DNA from: an uncultured bacterium
GTDB taxonomy: Bacteria; Armatimonadota; Abditibacteriia; Abditibacteriales; Abditibacteriaceae
Reading direction: 5' to 3'
Assembly (NCBI GenBank): GCA_963843795.1
Contig: CAWJLW010000006.1
Span: forward strand, 1,550,001 to 1,614,000
Length of the DNA stretch: 64,000 bases
Numbering within the stretch: the stretch's first letter is position 1; the number at the start of each line of letters is the position of its first letter. Both the position numbers and the translations under genes were made by a program. The notes beneath the pieces are model-generated. The model did not search any database. It saw only the letters and a list, made by a program, of their open reading frames with translations, and was not told the DNA's origin. Positions 40,132 through 50,470 of this stretch are shown here, piece by piece.

Positions 40132-40554
40132 TTATTTAATTTCGATGCCCATCGAACGGGCCGTACCCGCCAAAATCTGCATCGCGCCTTCAATATCGTT
40201 GGCGTTCAAGTCCGGCATTTTCAGTTCGGCCAATTCGCGTAACTGGTCTTTGGAAACCGAACCTTTCTTTTCTTTCAACGGATTGCCGCTGCCCTTGTCG
40301 ATGCCCGCTGCTTTCTTCAACAGCGCCGCGGCTGGCGGCGTTTTGGTGATAAAGGTGAACGAGCGATCCTGATAAACCGTGATTTCGACCGGAATAATCG
40401 TTCCGGCTTGAGCGGCGGTTTGTTCATTGTAGGCTTTGACGAACTGCATGATATTGACACCATGCTGACCCAAAGCCGGGCCGACCGGCGGAGCCGGTGT
40501 TGCGCCGCCCGCGGGCAACTGCAACTTGATAAATCCTACTGCTTTTTTTGCCAT
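40132..40554 (-). CDS. rplK: 50S ribosomal protein uL11
   Basis: [27 protein letters not shown]. Confidence 0.97.
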   Translation of the reverse strand: MAKKAVGFIKLQLPAGGATPAPPVGPALGQHGVNIMQFVKAYNEQTAAQAGTIIPVEITVYQDRSFTFITKTPPAAALLKKAAGIDKGSGNPLKEKKGSVSKDQLRELAELKMPDLNANDIEGAMQILAGTARSMGIEIK

Positions 40555-40769
40555 TTTCTTTCCTTTTTCGCGTCGTGTTCGCCGCACAAATGCGTGGCAA
40601 GTACTTGCACCGCTCCGACACGAGAATATTACAAATGTTGAAATTCACCTTGAAGAACGCAAAACGATAAAAGAATATTGAGTTAGTGACGTTCAAACTC
40701 TCTGCAAACACACCTGCAGACGAATTTTCTCAAGATACTTTGTGTGCTGTGCGTCCTTTCCGACTAATT

Positions 40770-41312
40770 TCAACTAATGCGTTCAATATGCGAAAAATCC
40801 AAATCCACACGGGTTTCGCGCCCGAAAATCGGGATCATCACTGTCAATTTCTCGCCCTTAACGTTAATTTCTTCAATACGACCTTCGTTACCGGCAAAAG
40901 GGCCACCGATGACATTGACGCGCTCACCTTTGTGATACAGCGTTGGCTGCTTGGTCAGCGGGACGCCATCGATTTCGCCAACAAACGCTTGCACTTCGGC
41001 GGGCTGTAAGGGCGGTGGTTTAGTCGTCGAACCGTGCGTCGAACCCAAAAATCCGGTCACGCCGACGGTTTCAGAAACGAAATGCCAGGTTTCGTCATCC
41101 ATTTCCATTTCGACCAAAACATAGCCGGGGAAAATTTTGCGGTTGACGATGACCTTTTTGTTGTTGCGAATTTTGGTTTCTTCTTCGGTCGGAACCACGA
41201 CGCGCCCCACACGATCACCTAGACCGCGCGCCTCAACGCGCCGCTCGATGTTCTGCTTGATCTTGTCTTCCTGACCGGCATAGGTATGCACCGCATACCA
41301 ACTCATCGCCAT
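40770..41312 (-). CDS. nusG: Transcription termination/antitermination factor NusG
   Basis: WYAVHTYAGQE, FPGYVLVEM, KOW GGPF, IFGRET. Confidence 0.96.
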   Translation of the reverse strand: MAMSWYAVHTYAGQEDKIKQNIERRVEARGLGDRVGRVVVPTEEETKIRNNKKVIVNRKIFPGYVLVEMEMDDETWHFVSETVGVTGFLGSTHGSTTKPPPLQPAEVQAFVGEIDGVPLTKQPTLYHKGERVNVIGGPFAGNEGRIEEINVKGEKLTVMIPIFGRETRVDLDFSHIERIS

Positions 41313-41411
41313 AATTCACACCTCTTTAATAACCCGACTTGCACACGCCAAAACTTCCCTGCAAGTGCTTGCAGGGCGATTGGATGTGGCGAGCCAGATT
41401 GGACGGTCGTT

Positions 41412-41765
41412 TTATTGGGAGTAGAAACCCAGTCGTTGAAAAAACCAGGCGAACATCGAGTCCAAACCAAAGATATAAGTGCCAAACGCCAGCAAAAGTA
41501 ACACGGTGACGATAGTGCCATTGCGCACTTCATCCCACGTCGGCCACACGACTTTACGCAGCTCGGTGCCCATTTCGCTGAAAAACGCGCCGGTTGGCTT
41601 CGGCGCGGTCTGCACGCCACCGGGCCGATTGACGACAGGGCGCACCGAACGCGGCGCAGTGCGCGCACCCGGCCCTTTGGCGACGGCTTTTTCGGTATTG
41701 ACCGGCTGCTTGCCATTGGGCGCAGTGTTGCCGGTTTCTTTGGGTGTGGTTTTAACGATGGCCAT
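41412..41765 (-). CDS. secE: Preprotein translocase subunit SecE
   Basis: ELRKVVWPT followed by one TM helix; position before nusG. Confidence 0.92.
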   Translation of the reverse strand: MAIVKTTPKETGNTAPNGKQPVNTEKAVAKGPGARTAPRSVRPVVNRPGGVQTAPKPTGAFFSEMGTELRKVVWPTWDEVRNGTIVTVLLLLAFGTYIFGLDSMFAWFFQRLGFYSQ

Positions 41766-41978
41766 AAATACGACTGCCTCTCCCACAACTTAGAACATTT
41801 CGACTGAAATCAAAACGTTGTAAATTGAAACGGTTCTTAATAAATGTATTTGAGGGAAAAGAGAAAAGATGACATCAGATCTTCTTTTTCATTCTCCTCA
41901 ATTATTTGCTTGTCACAACTAATTGCTTGTCACAACGAAATTCAATCGCTGTATAAAACAGCATAACAAATTCCGTGA

Positions 41979-42051
41979 CAGGCGAGACAGGACTCGAACC
42001 TGCAACAACCGGTTTTGGAGACCGGGACTCTGCCAATTGAGCTACTCGCCT
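41979..42051 (-). tRNA. tRNA-Trp (CCA)
   Basis: AGGCGAG acceptor, CCGGT-CTCCAAA-ACCGG anticodon arm, GTTCGAGTC. Confidence 0.95.
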
Positions 42052-42074
42052 AACTTTGTCCTGCAAACAACAAA

Positions 42075-42146
<72 letters not shown>

Positions 42147-42174
42147 GCACTTACTGCAAAACTCGCAGTAAAAA

Positions 42175-42256
<82 letters not shown>

Positions 42257-42320
42257 GAATTTTCAAAAAATCAATGTAATTACTGCTCTACAAGTACTTG
42301 CAGGCAAGTTTACCTGAAAA

Positions 42321-42393
<73 letters not shown>

Positions 42394-42451
42394 CAGAATC
42401 CCGTTTTAGGCCATGCAACAGCAAGGACAACTCCGTATGGCGCGAAAGGGA

Positions 42452-42480
42452 ATTATAAATCAAGCGACCCCACTCGTCAA
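42452..42480 (-). promoter_or_regulatory. Sigma70 promoter of the tRNA-secE operon
   Basis: TTGACG-17 nt-TATAAT on the minus strand. Confidence 0.8.
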
Positions 42481-42502
42481 CTCCCAAACGTATAAATTTT
42501 GC

Positions 42503-42542
42503 AAAAGTTTCGAGATGCAAGTACTTGCATCTCGAAACTTTT
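42503..42542 (-). terminator. 40-bp perfect palindrome centred on GCAAGTACTTGC, after cysS
   Basis: AAAAGTTTCGAGATGCAAGT|ACTTGCATCTCGAAACTTTT. Confidence 0.82.
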
Positions 42543-42544
42543 TC

Positions 42545-43957
42545 TCATTTCTCGATTTTCCATCGCGTTCCGTCGGCTGTATCTTCCAGCGCAATCGACA
42601 ATTCTGCCAACTGTTCGCGAATCGCATCCGCACCTGCAAAGTCGCGCCGTTCGCGCGCTTGTGTGCGCACTTCGATCAGCATTTCGATTAAGCGCGGCGC
42701 CAATTCGCCCACGTCGTCGCCTTCGAGCGGCTCGAAAGTAAAGCCTAACATTTCCAACTGAGCGCGCACTGCGCGCGCCAAATTTTCATCTTCATCACGA
42801 TTGGCCGCGCTTATCGCATCAAACGCCGTCGCCAGCGCGGTCGGCGTCGATAAATCGTCGGCCAAGGCCGCAATGAATTTAAGCTCAAACGCAGCTCCGC
42901 TTTGGCTCCATTCGCCATTGGGTTCCAATGGCGATAAGGCGCTGTGCAAACGCTGCCACGCGCTGCGCGCCTGTTCCAAACGTTGCGGCGTGTAATCTAG
43001 GGGTGAACGCGGATGCGTCATCAAAAAAAACAAACGCCAGATATTTTTATCGGCGATTTCAAGTGCTTGAGCAACTGACAAAAAGTTACCCAGCGATTTA
43101 CTCATTTTCTTGCCATCGACTTGCACCACACCGCAATGCCACCACATCCGCGCGAAAGTCCGGTCGTTGGCGTCAGCATCGCCGGAAAGAAAACATTCAC
43201 TTTGCGCGCGTTCGTTTTCGTGGTGAGGGAACATCAATTCGCGCGCGCCACCATGAATATCGAAGCCCGGACCGAGCAACTCCAGCGACATCGCCGAACA
43301 TTCGATGTGCCAGCCCGGACGGCCTGCACCCCACGGCGATTCCCAGCTCGGCTCGCCCGGTTTAGCCGCTTTCCACAAGGCGAAATCCAACGGATCATCT
43401 TTATGTTCGCCGGGTTCGATGCGCGCGCCAATTTCCAATTCTTCGGGTTTTTGGCCACTTAAAATGCCGTAGCGGGTGTCTTTAGAAACATCGAAATACA
43501 CATCGCCGCCGCGCGCATAAGCGAAACCATCGGCTTCGAGTTTCTTGACCATTTCAATAATCGGCGCAATATGTGTCGTGACGCGCGGATAATCGTGCGC
43601 GGGCAAAACGCCCAGCAACAGCAATTCTTCGCCCGCTTCAGACGAATAATGATCGGCCAATTCTTGCGCGGTTTGTCCCAGTTCGCGTGCGCGATTGATG
43701 ATTTTATCATCGACATCGGTAACGTTTTGAACATGGTGCACTTCCAATCCGCAACTGGCGATGAAGCGGCGCAGGGCGTCGTAAACCACGAAGGCGCGCG
43801 CGTGACCGATATGCAGAACATCGTAAGGCGTGACGCCGCAGACATAAAGCGAAAGCTGGCCCGGTGTGCGCGGTTGCAAAGGTTCTTTCTGGCGCGTGAG
43901 CGTGTTGTAAAGCAGAATTTCCGTTGAAGGCGATGAAGAGATTTGATTAGGTTGCAC
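42545..43957 (-). CDS. cysS: Cysteine--tRNA ligase (start uncertain)
   Basis: YVCGVT, HIGH, PGWHIECSAM, KMSKS. Confidence 0.96.
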   Translation of the reverse strand: MQPNQISSSPSTEILLYNTLTRQKEPLQPRTPGQLSLYVCGVTPYDVLHIGHARAFVVYDALRRFIASCGLEVHHVQNVTDVDDKIINRARELGQTAQELADHYSSEAGEELLLLGVLPAHDYPRVTTHIAPIIEMVKKLEADGFAYARGGDVYFDVSKDTRYGILSGQKPEELEIGARIEPGEHKDDPLDFALWKAAKPGEPSWESPWGAGRPGWHIECSAMSLELLGPGFDIHGGARELMFPHHENERAQSECFLSGDADANDRTFARMWWHCGVVQVDGKKMSKSLGNFLSVAQALEIADKNIWRLFFLMTHPRSPLDYTPQRLEQARSAWQRLHSALSPLEPNGEWSQSGAAFELKFIAALADDLSTPTALATAFDAISAANRDEDENLARAVRAQLEMLGFTFEPLEGDDVGELAPRLIEMLIEVRTQARERRDFAGADAIREQLAELSIALEDTADGTRWKIEK

Positions 43958-44101
43958 GCTCGCAGTGTAGAAGTCGCGGCGCGGCTTGTAAATGGCGCGC
44001 ACAACTACTCGGGGCGCAATTTGGGCCTCTTCAAGCAAAACCATTGCGGCTCAAAGGAATCGAAAAGCGCACCGCAAGTACTTGCAGAGGAGATATTAGC
44101 G

Positions 44102-44860
44102 ATGGAAACCACGAAATTAGTTTCGGAAGGGCGCCTGGAGGCCGACGACATCACACGCTATCGGCGGCGCGGCTTTTTGCGCGTCGAGAATATGTTCTCG
44201 CGTCGGGAAGCCCTCGAATTTCGCCAGCAAGCCCTTGATTACGCAGGACAGCACCAAAGCCTGCATCAAGGTGGCATTTTCACGCAACTGGTCAATACAT
44301 GGCGCGACAATGAAACCATGCGCGAACTCACTTTGCATCCGCGCATCGCGGCCTGCGCACGTTTATTGGCGGGCGTAGATTTGAGATTGTGGCACGACCA
44401 GATTCTCATCAAGGAAGCGCACAACGGCAAAGCCACCGAATTTCACCAAGATCAACCCTATTGGCCACACGACAATTCGCACCAGCCAATTACCTGCTGG
44501 CTCGCGCTGGGAAATGTGACAGTCGAACACGGCTGCATGACATTTTTGTCCGGCACACACCAACGCGATGATTTGCCGATGCAAATGCTGCACGACAAAG
44601 AAAGCTTATTTTCGATTGCGCCCGATTTACGCTGGCAAGAGCGCGTCACCGTGCCGCTAAAAGCTGGCGATTGCACTTTTCACCACGGACGCTGCGCGCA
44701 TATGGCGACGCCGAATTTAACGGATGAAGCTCGCGTGGCACACGCAATTATTTTCATTGACCGCGACACGATTTATAATGGCCAAAACCACGTTGTGACT
44801 GATCCGCTGGAATTGGAAAAGGGGCAACGGCTAGAAGGCGAATTTTTTCCTGAAGTTTGA
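44102..44860 (+). CDS. Phytanoyl-CoA dioxygenase (PhyH) family 2OG-Fe(II) oxygenase
   Basis: HQD motif, GCMTF..G.H, FHHG..AH; GAGGAG RBS. Confidence 0.9.
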   Translation: METTKLVSEGRLEADDITRYRRRGFLRVENMFSRREALEFRQQALDYAGQHQSLHQGGIFTQLVNTWRDNETMRELTLHPRIAACARLLAGVDLRLWHDQILIKEAHNGKATEFHQDQPYWPHDNSHQPITCWLALGNVTVEHGCMTFLSGTHQRDDLPMQMLHDKESLFSIAPDLRWQERVTVPLKAGDCTFHHGRCAHMATPNLTDEARVAHAIIFIDRDTIYNGQNHVVTDPLELEKGQRLEGEFFPEV

Positions 44861-44873
44861 TGCACAGTGCAGC

Positions 44874-45602
44874 TTACCTGACAGTTTTTGAATGACTCGC
44901 ATAAAACTCACATTCATCGCCCACCACACAACGTGCGCACGCCGGGTTGTGAAAAAAGCAACATTTCTGGCCATGTAACATCAGCACTTCGTGATGATCG
45001 TAAACCTGTTGCGCATCCCAAGCCGCGGGCAACAAACTTTCTAAAATCGCGTGTGATGGCCCGACAGCGACATTTACCGCTATCAAACCTAAACGGCTGG
45101 CGACGCGATGATGGTGAGAATCGACTGGCAAAGCGCGCCCGCGCAAACGAGAAAATGCCAAAACCGCCGCCGAAGTTTTCGGGCCGACGCCAGGCAATTT
45201 CTCCAGCCATGCACGCGCTTCGGTCACGGAAATTTCGCCCAAGAAATCCAGCGCATTTTCGTTTAGCTCACCGCGTTCGCCTTCTATCGTAGCAAGTACT
45301 TGCTGCACACGCGGCGCTTTCTGTTCGGGCCAAGTGCAGGGCGAGATCGCGCTTTCAATTTGTTCAACGGGCGCGTCAAGAACTTGGCGCCAGTCGGGAA
45401 ACTGTGCGCGCAAATTTTGAAAAGCCCGACTCGAATCGGCATTTTTGGTGCGATGCGAAAGCAGCGAAGAAATCAGTTCGGAAAGCGGATCGAGCGTGTG
45501 GAAATAAGCGATGGGACAATGGTATTCCGCGCACAATTTTTCATGCACGCGCAAAGTTTTGGCGCACAGTTCTGGCGAGGCATTGGGCAGGTGAGCTTTC
45601 AT
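44874..45602 (-). CDS. Endonuclease III-like HhH-GPD DNA glycosylase
   Basis: LPGVGPKT HhH, PVDSH, C-X6-C-X2-C-X5-C FeS motif. Confidence 0.9.
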   Translation of the reverse strand: MKAHLPNASPELCAKTLRVHEKLCAEYHCPIAYFHTLDPLSELISSLLSHRTKNADSSRAFQNLRAQFPDWRQVLDAPVEQIESAISPCTWPEQKAPRVQQVLATIEGERGELNENALDFLGEISVTEARAWLEKLPGVGPKTSAAVLAFSRLRGRALPVDSHHHRVASRLGLIAVNVAVGPSHAILESLLPAAWDAQQVYDHHEVLMLHGQKCCFFHNPACARCVVGDECEFYASHSKTVR

Positions 45603-45720
45603 GCAAATTGACAGAGCAAACTGCCGTCCGATTTTCGAATAGGAGGCGCGTCGCAAGTACTTGCCGAGTAATTGCAACGCATTTTTTCGATAAAGATGCG
45701 TTCTCATTGGTATAATTGAA

Positions 45721-48393
45721 ATGATGCCATCGCCCGTGATCGACCTTCGCCAATCGCTGCAGGATATTTTCGGCTTCACCGACTTCCGTTTTTTACAGGA
45801 AGAAGCCATGAATGCCACGCTCAATGGTCACGATGCTCTGGTCGTGATGCCAACCGGCGCGGGCAAATCGCTTTGTTTCCAACTGCCCGCTGCAGTTTCT
45901 TCAGGCGTCACTCTCGTCATTTCTCCGCTTGTCGCTTTGATGCGCGACCAAGTTATTGGATTGCGCGCGCGCTCAACTTTCGATGAAATCGGCTGTGCTT
46001 ACCTGAATTCGCTGCAATCGATGGAAGAACAGCGCGACACTCTGGAACAGTTGCGCATGGGAATGTTGAAACTGGTTTATGTCGCTCCAGAAAGGTTCCG
46101 TTCGGCAGGTTTTCGAGCGGCGCTGTTGCAGGCAAAGGTGTCGCGCTTTGTGGTCGATGAGGCGCACTGCATTTCCGAATGGGGTCACGATTTTCGGCCC
46201 GATTATCTGGCGTTGCGTCCGGCCATCGAAGAGTTGGGCCGTCCGCCAATTCTGGCGGTCACCGCGACCGCGACCCGGCGCGTTCAGGAATCTATCACGC
46301 GCAATCTGGGCATGGACGATCCGCAAGTGCTGGTCGGCGGTTTCGACCGTCCCAATCTGCATTTTTCGGTCGTGCGCTGCACCAACGACCAAGAACGCAA
46401 CGACAAATTGGCGCGCGCTCTGCCCAAATTGTGTGCGGGCGGAGGCAGCGGGCTAATTTATGTTTCGACGCGCAAGCAGTGCGAAGAAATTGGCGCTCTG
46501 GCCGCGCGGGCGTTGGAGCCGTTGGGCAAGCGCGCGGCAGGCTATCATGCGGGTATGAGCGCGGACACGCGCAACGAACTGCAAAACGGCTGGCTCAACA
46601 ACGAGTTGCAAATTTTGGTCGCGACAAACGCGTTTGGCATGGGCATCGATAAGCCGGACGTGCGTTTCGTGATTCATTACGGTATTCCCGACAGCCTGGA
46701 AAACTATTATCAGGAAGCGGGCCGCGCTGGACGCGATGGACGCAAGAGTCGCTGTGTTGTGATGTATCGCGCGGCAGACAAGCGCGTGCGTGAATTTTTC
46801 ATTGAACGCGACAATTTAGAAGCCGATGACGTGCAAAAAGCCTTCGCGCGCTTGAAAAAATTGTCTGATGAAAATGGCTTTGCAATTGTGCCGCGCGCAT
46901 GGTGGCGCTCGCAGTTCGACTGGGACGATACGCGCGTACGTTTGGTGCTGCGCGAACTAGAAAAAGAAGGTTGCGTAGAGCGCGAAATGGAAACCCCTGA
47001 CGAAAGCCATCTGCACGTGACCAAAGATAAATTTCCGGCCAGCGCGCTGCGACGGATTCGGCAAGATTTCGAGGTGCAGCGCAGCGAACGTTTACGGCGC
47101 TTAAACGAGATGGTCGATTATTGTCGCACTGTCAATTGTCGTCGCCAGACGGTTTTAGATTATTTCGGTGACGAAGAAACTTTGCCCGACCGCAAGTTTT
47201 GCTGCGACAACTGCGACAATCCGCCTCAGGCCAAAAGTGCAGGTTCGGGAGCCGCACCGCGAGAATGGATTAAGCCGCCGAATGCAATTGATGGCGGCGA
47301 TATTTACGCGATTTTGCAGGGAATAGACGCCTTGAAACCCCAAGTTGGCAAGGCACGATTGAACAAAGTTCTGCGCGGAGCCGCGTCGAAAGATGTGCAA
47401 ATTTTTCGCGAGCAAAACCAGCCACTTCTGGGTGCGTGCAAAGGTTGCAGCACGGACAAAGTCGATCATTTTATTGAGCAGTTGATTGCTCACGGCCTGC
47501 TGCATCAAGGCGAGGAAGATGAGTATTTCGTGTGCAGTCTGACTCGCGCAGGGCGTGAAGCGTGGCAATTGAAATCGCCGGTTCCGGTTGAAGCGCCGCG
47601 CGCTTTTTCGCGTGGTTCGGCTGGCCGCTCAACAACAGCTAAAGCGGGTTATTCGGGATCCAATTCGAGTTCGTTCGCGGGCGATTTCGAGAATCCTGAA
47701 GATGAAAATTTGTTTGAAAGCTTGCGCGATTGGCGCAAAGCCGAAGCGAGCGCCAGCAAGGTTCCGGCTTACTGCGTTTTGCCCGACCGCACGCTCGGCG
47801 AAATCGCCGCGTGCCGGCCAACCAGTATCGAACAGTTGGAGCAGATTAACGGCATCGGACCGACTAAAATCGAAAAATATGGTGCATCACTTCTGCAAGT
47901 ACTTGCGGGCGAGAATTCGCCATCGAATAATGCGCCGCAATTACTTGCAAAGTCCAAAACTCAATCCAAACCTGAAAAAATCGTTCCGCAAGTACTTGCA
48001 ACACCAAAAATTCAAGCGGCGCCCAAGCTTGCACCAAGCACCGCGCCCGTAAAAGCTTTGATTAAAGATTCGCCAAGCATCGAAGAAACACGAGTGATGA
48101 TTCGTCAAAATTTGGAAGTAGCGCAAATTGCCACACAGCGCGGCTTGACGACGAGCACCATCTGGTCGCATTTACACGCTTCGGTCGAATTAAATTTGCT
48201 GAGTGAGGAAGATTTGGCGCGAGTTTTGAACGAGGAGATGCGAGCCGTCATCAACGCAGCGCTGCAAGAGTTGGGCGCCGATACGACCTTGTCGCCTTTA
48301 TATGATCAATTGAACGGCGCGTACGAATACGGATTGTTGCGATGTGCAGTCGCATTGTATAAGCGCCAAAACAACGTTGAAGCAGGCGCGTAA
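45721..48393 (+). CDS. recQ: RecQ family ATP-dependent DNA helicase with HRDC and C-terminal HTH
   Basis: MPTGAGKSLCFQLP, VDEAHCISEWGHDFRPDY, QEAGRAGRDG, CCDNC, HRDC. Confidence 0.94.
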   Translation: MMPSPVIDLRQSLQDIFGFTDFRFLQEEAMNATLNGHDALVVMPTGAGKSLCFQLPAAVSSGVTLVISPLVALMRDQVIGLRARSTFDEIGCAYLNSLQSMEEQRDTLEQLRMGMLKLVYVAPERFRSAGFRAALLQAKVSRFVVDEAHCISEWGHDFRPDYLALRPAIEELGRPPILAVTATATRRVQESITRNLGMDDPQVLVGGFDRPNLHFSVVRCTNDQERNDKLARALPKLCAGGGSGLIYVSTRKQCEEIGALAARALEPLGKRAAGYHAGMSADTRNELQNGWLNNELQILVATNAFGMGIDKPDVRFVIHYGIPDSLENYYQEAGRAGRDGRKSRCVVMYRAADKRVREFFIERDNLEADDVQKAFARLKKLSDENGFAIVPRAWWRSQFDWDDTRVRLVLRELEKEGCVEREMETPDESHLHVTKDKFPASALRRIRQDFEVQRSERLRRLNEMVDYCRTVNCRRQTVLDYFGDEETLPDRKFCCDNCDNPPQAKSAGSGAAPREWIKPPNAIDGGDIYAILQGIDALKPQVGKARLNKVLRGAASKDVQIFREQNQPLLGACKGCSTDKVDHFIEQLIAHGLLHQGEEDEYFVCSLTRAGREAWQLKSPVPVEAPRAFSRGSAGRSTTAKAGYSGSNSSSFAGDFENPEDENLFESLRDWRKAEASASKVPAYCVLPDRTLGEIAACRPTSIEQLEQINGIGPTKIEKYGASLLQVLAGENSPSNNAPQLLAKSKTQSKPEKIVPQVLATPKIQAAPKLAPSTAPVKALIKDSPSIEETRVMIRQNLEVAQIATQRGLTTSTIWSHLHASVELNLLSEEDLARVLNEEMRAVINAALQELGADTTLSPLYDQLNGAYEYGLLRCAVALYKRQNNVEAGA

Positions 48394-48465
48394 AAAACCG
48401 ATTTCGGAAAGCAACCTCAGCGCGGTTATGGCGTTAAAGCACAGCGAAACATAAAGGGGATTTTC

Positions 48466-49770
48466 ATGTCAAACACCAACGGAACTCACAACGGAACACA
48501 GCCAAATACTAAAATTCATAACGTCATCATTATCGGCAGTGGGCCTGCCGGTTACACCGCTGCGCTTTATACCGCGCGCGCCAATTTACAGCCGCTCTTG
48601 ATCGCGGGCAGCACGGACAAAAAAACCGCGCGCATCAAAGGCGGACAATTGATGTACACATCCGACATCGAAAACTTTCCGGCTGCGGTAACAGTTGATG
48701 GAGATGTTTCAGGTTTCGATTATCTCGAAGCCGACGCGCAGAACGCGATGATCGAAAGTTTGACCGGCGTTTCCGGGCCGGATTTGATGAAGCGCATGGA
48801 AATGCAGGCGCGCCATTTCGGAGCAACAATGGTCGAGGAATTTGTCACCAAAGTCGAAATCGACGCCGGTGGTGTTCACACCTTGCACACCGAAAGCGGA
48901 CAGGAATATCGCACACGCGCTTTGATTATCGCGACCGGCGCGGCGGCTAAAACGCTAGGCATTGAAGCCGAAGAAAAATTCTTCGGACAGGGCGGCGGCG
49001 TTTCGACCTGCGCCACTTGCGACGGCCACTCTTACCGCGGTAAGGCGGTTGCGGTCGTTGGTGGCGGCGATAGCGCGATGGAAGAAGCATCCTACTTGGC
49101 GCGTCTGGTCGAAAAGGTGTACTTAATTCATCGCCGCGAGGAATTTCGCGCGTCTAAAATTATGCTCAAGCGCGCGCAGGAAAATCCGAAAATCGAGTTC
49201 GTTTTGAATGCGGCGGTCGAAGATTTGACTGGAAAGCAACATCCCGCCGCTGCAACTTCGGACTTTTTTAAGGACAAGCAAGTACTTGCGGGCGCAGTTT
49301 TGCGCGATACACGCGACAACAGCACGCGCGAATTGCCAATCGATGGCTTGTTCGTGGCGATTGGCCATACACCGAATTCGGCTTTGTTTCAAAACGTGAT
49401 TCAAAGCGACACTGCAGGTTATTTGCAGCACGACGGACGCACGCGTGCACTGGACAACGAAGGTGACGTATTGGAAGGCGTGTTTTTGGCGGGCGACATT
49501 TCCGATCATATGTATCGTCAAGCGATCACTGCAGCGGGCATGGGATGTCAGGCGGCAATTGAGGCCGAGCGCTATCTCGCTGAGATGATGGCCGATGAAG
49601 CCGGTGTCGATAGCAGCGAAGTCAGCCTAAGTAGCGATGCGATTGCACAAAGTCATTGGAGCAGCGAGCGCGACGCGATGGGTGAGGCGACGATTGTCGA
49701 GCGCGTGAAAGAAGCCGCTCACGATGAGGGCAAAGATTCACCGCTGTTGCACGAAGTCGGAGCCAACTAA
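48466..49770 (+). CDS. trxB: Thioredoxin-disulfide reductase
   Basis: IIGSGPAGYTAA, CATCDG, GGGDSAMEEA, YRQAITAAG. Confidence 0.95.
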   Translation: MSNTNGTHNGTQPNTKIHNVIIIGSGPAGYTAALYTARANLQPLLIAGSTDKKTARIKGGQLMYTSDIENFPAAVTVDGDVSGFDYLEADAQNAMIESLTGVSGPDLMKRMEMQARHFGATMVEEFVTKVEIDAGGVHTLHTESGQEYRTRALIIATGAAAKTLGIEAEEKFFGQGGGVSTCATCDGHSYRGKAVAVVGGGDSAMEEASYLARLVEKVYLIHRREEFRASKIMLKRAQENPKIEFVLNAAVEDLTGKQHPAAATSDFFKDKQVLAGAVLRDTRDNSTRELPIDGLFVAIGHTPNSALFQNVIQSDTAGYLQHDGRTRALDNEGDVLEGVFLAGDISDHMYRQAITAAGMGCQAAIEAERYLAEMMADEAGVDSSEVSLSSDAIAQSHWSSERDAMGEATIVERVKEAAHDEGKDSPLLHEVGAN

Positions 49771-49779
49771 ATAAAAAAC

Positions 49780-49801
49780 GCCCTGCAAGTACTTGCAGGG
49801 C
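49780..49801. repeat. 22-bp palindrome centred on GCAAGTACTTGC; A tract on the left with no matching T tract on the right
   Basis: GCCCTGCAAGT|ACTTGCAGGGC. Confidence 0.75.
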
Positions 49802-49891
49802 ACAATCAAGGAAGAACCACGCGTATACGCCAGTGGAGAAGGTGTTTTCACTTGCTGATGCGCGTGGTTCTTTGCGTATCAAAGGAAGATT

Positions 49892-50324
49892 ATGTCATGG
49901 ATTTTCTGGGCGCTTCTCAGCGCCATCGGCACTGCGGTGACTGCGATTTTGACTAAAGTCGGTGTCAAAAATGGCATCGATTCAACGCTGGTTTTGGCAT
50001 TGGAAACCATCGTAGATACTTATCACGACGTGGTGCATTGTCGGCTTTGGCGGCAAGGCTTCGGATATAACGCAAATTCCGCTCAAGACATGGCCTTACA
50101 TCCTCGGCGCGGGTCTGGTGACGAGCGCCGCCTATGTCTGTTATTTTCGTGCCTTATCGCTCGCCGATGCTTCACGTGTCGCACCCATTGATCGCTTGTC
50201 CTTAGTTTTCACTGTGATATTAGGCGCCTATTTGCTGCGCGAAAAAGCTACGCCACTGGCGATTGCGGGCGTAACGTTAATGGCGGCTGGTGCGCTTTTG
50301 GTGGCCGTCGCGCCACAGAAATAG
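49892..50324 (+). pseudogene. EamA family transporter with a frameshift near 50014
   Basis: MSWIFWALLSA...KVG in one frame; ILITTWCIV...YFRAL..ADASRVAPIDRLS..LREK continues in the +1 frame. Confidence 0.8.
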
Positions 50325-50470
50325 CACAATTCACTGCAACCAATCACAGTTATGCCGCTTGTCACGTTGATAAACGCGCGAAAATTCGCTATTCTCGTTA
50401 CGCAAACGTTTTTGCCGACATTGGAAAATTTTCAGCGCGCGCCGTATTGCGCCTGTGGAGACAAACATTT

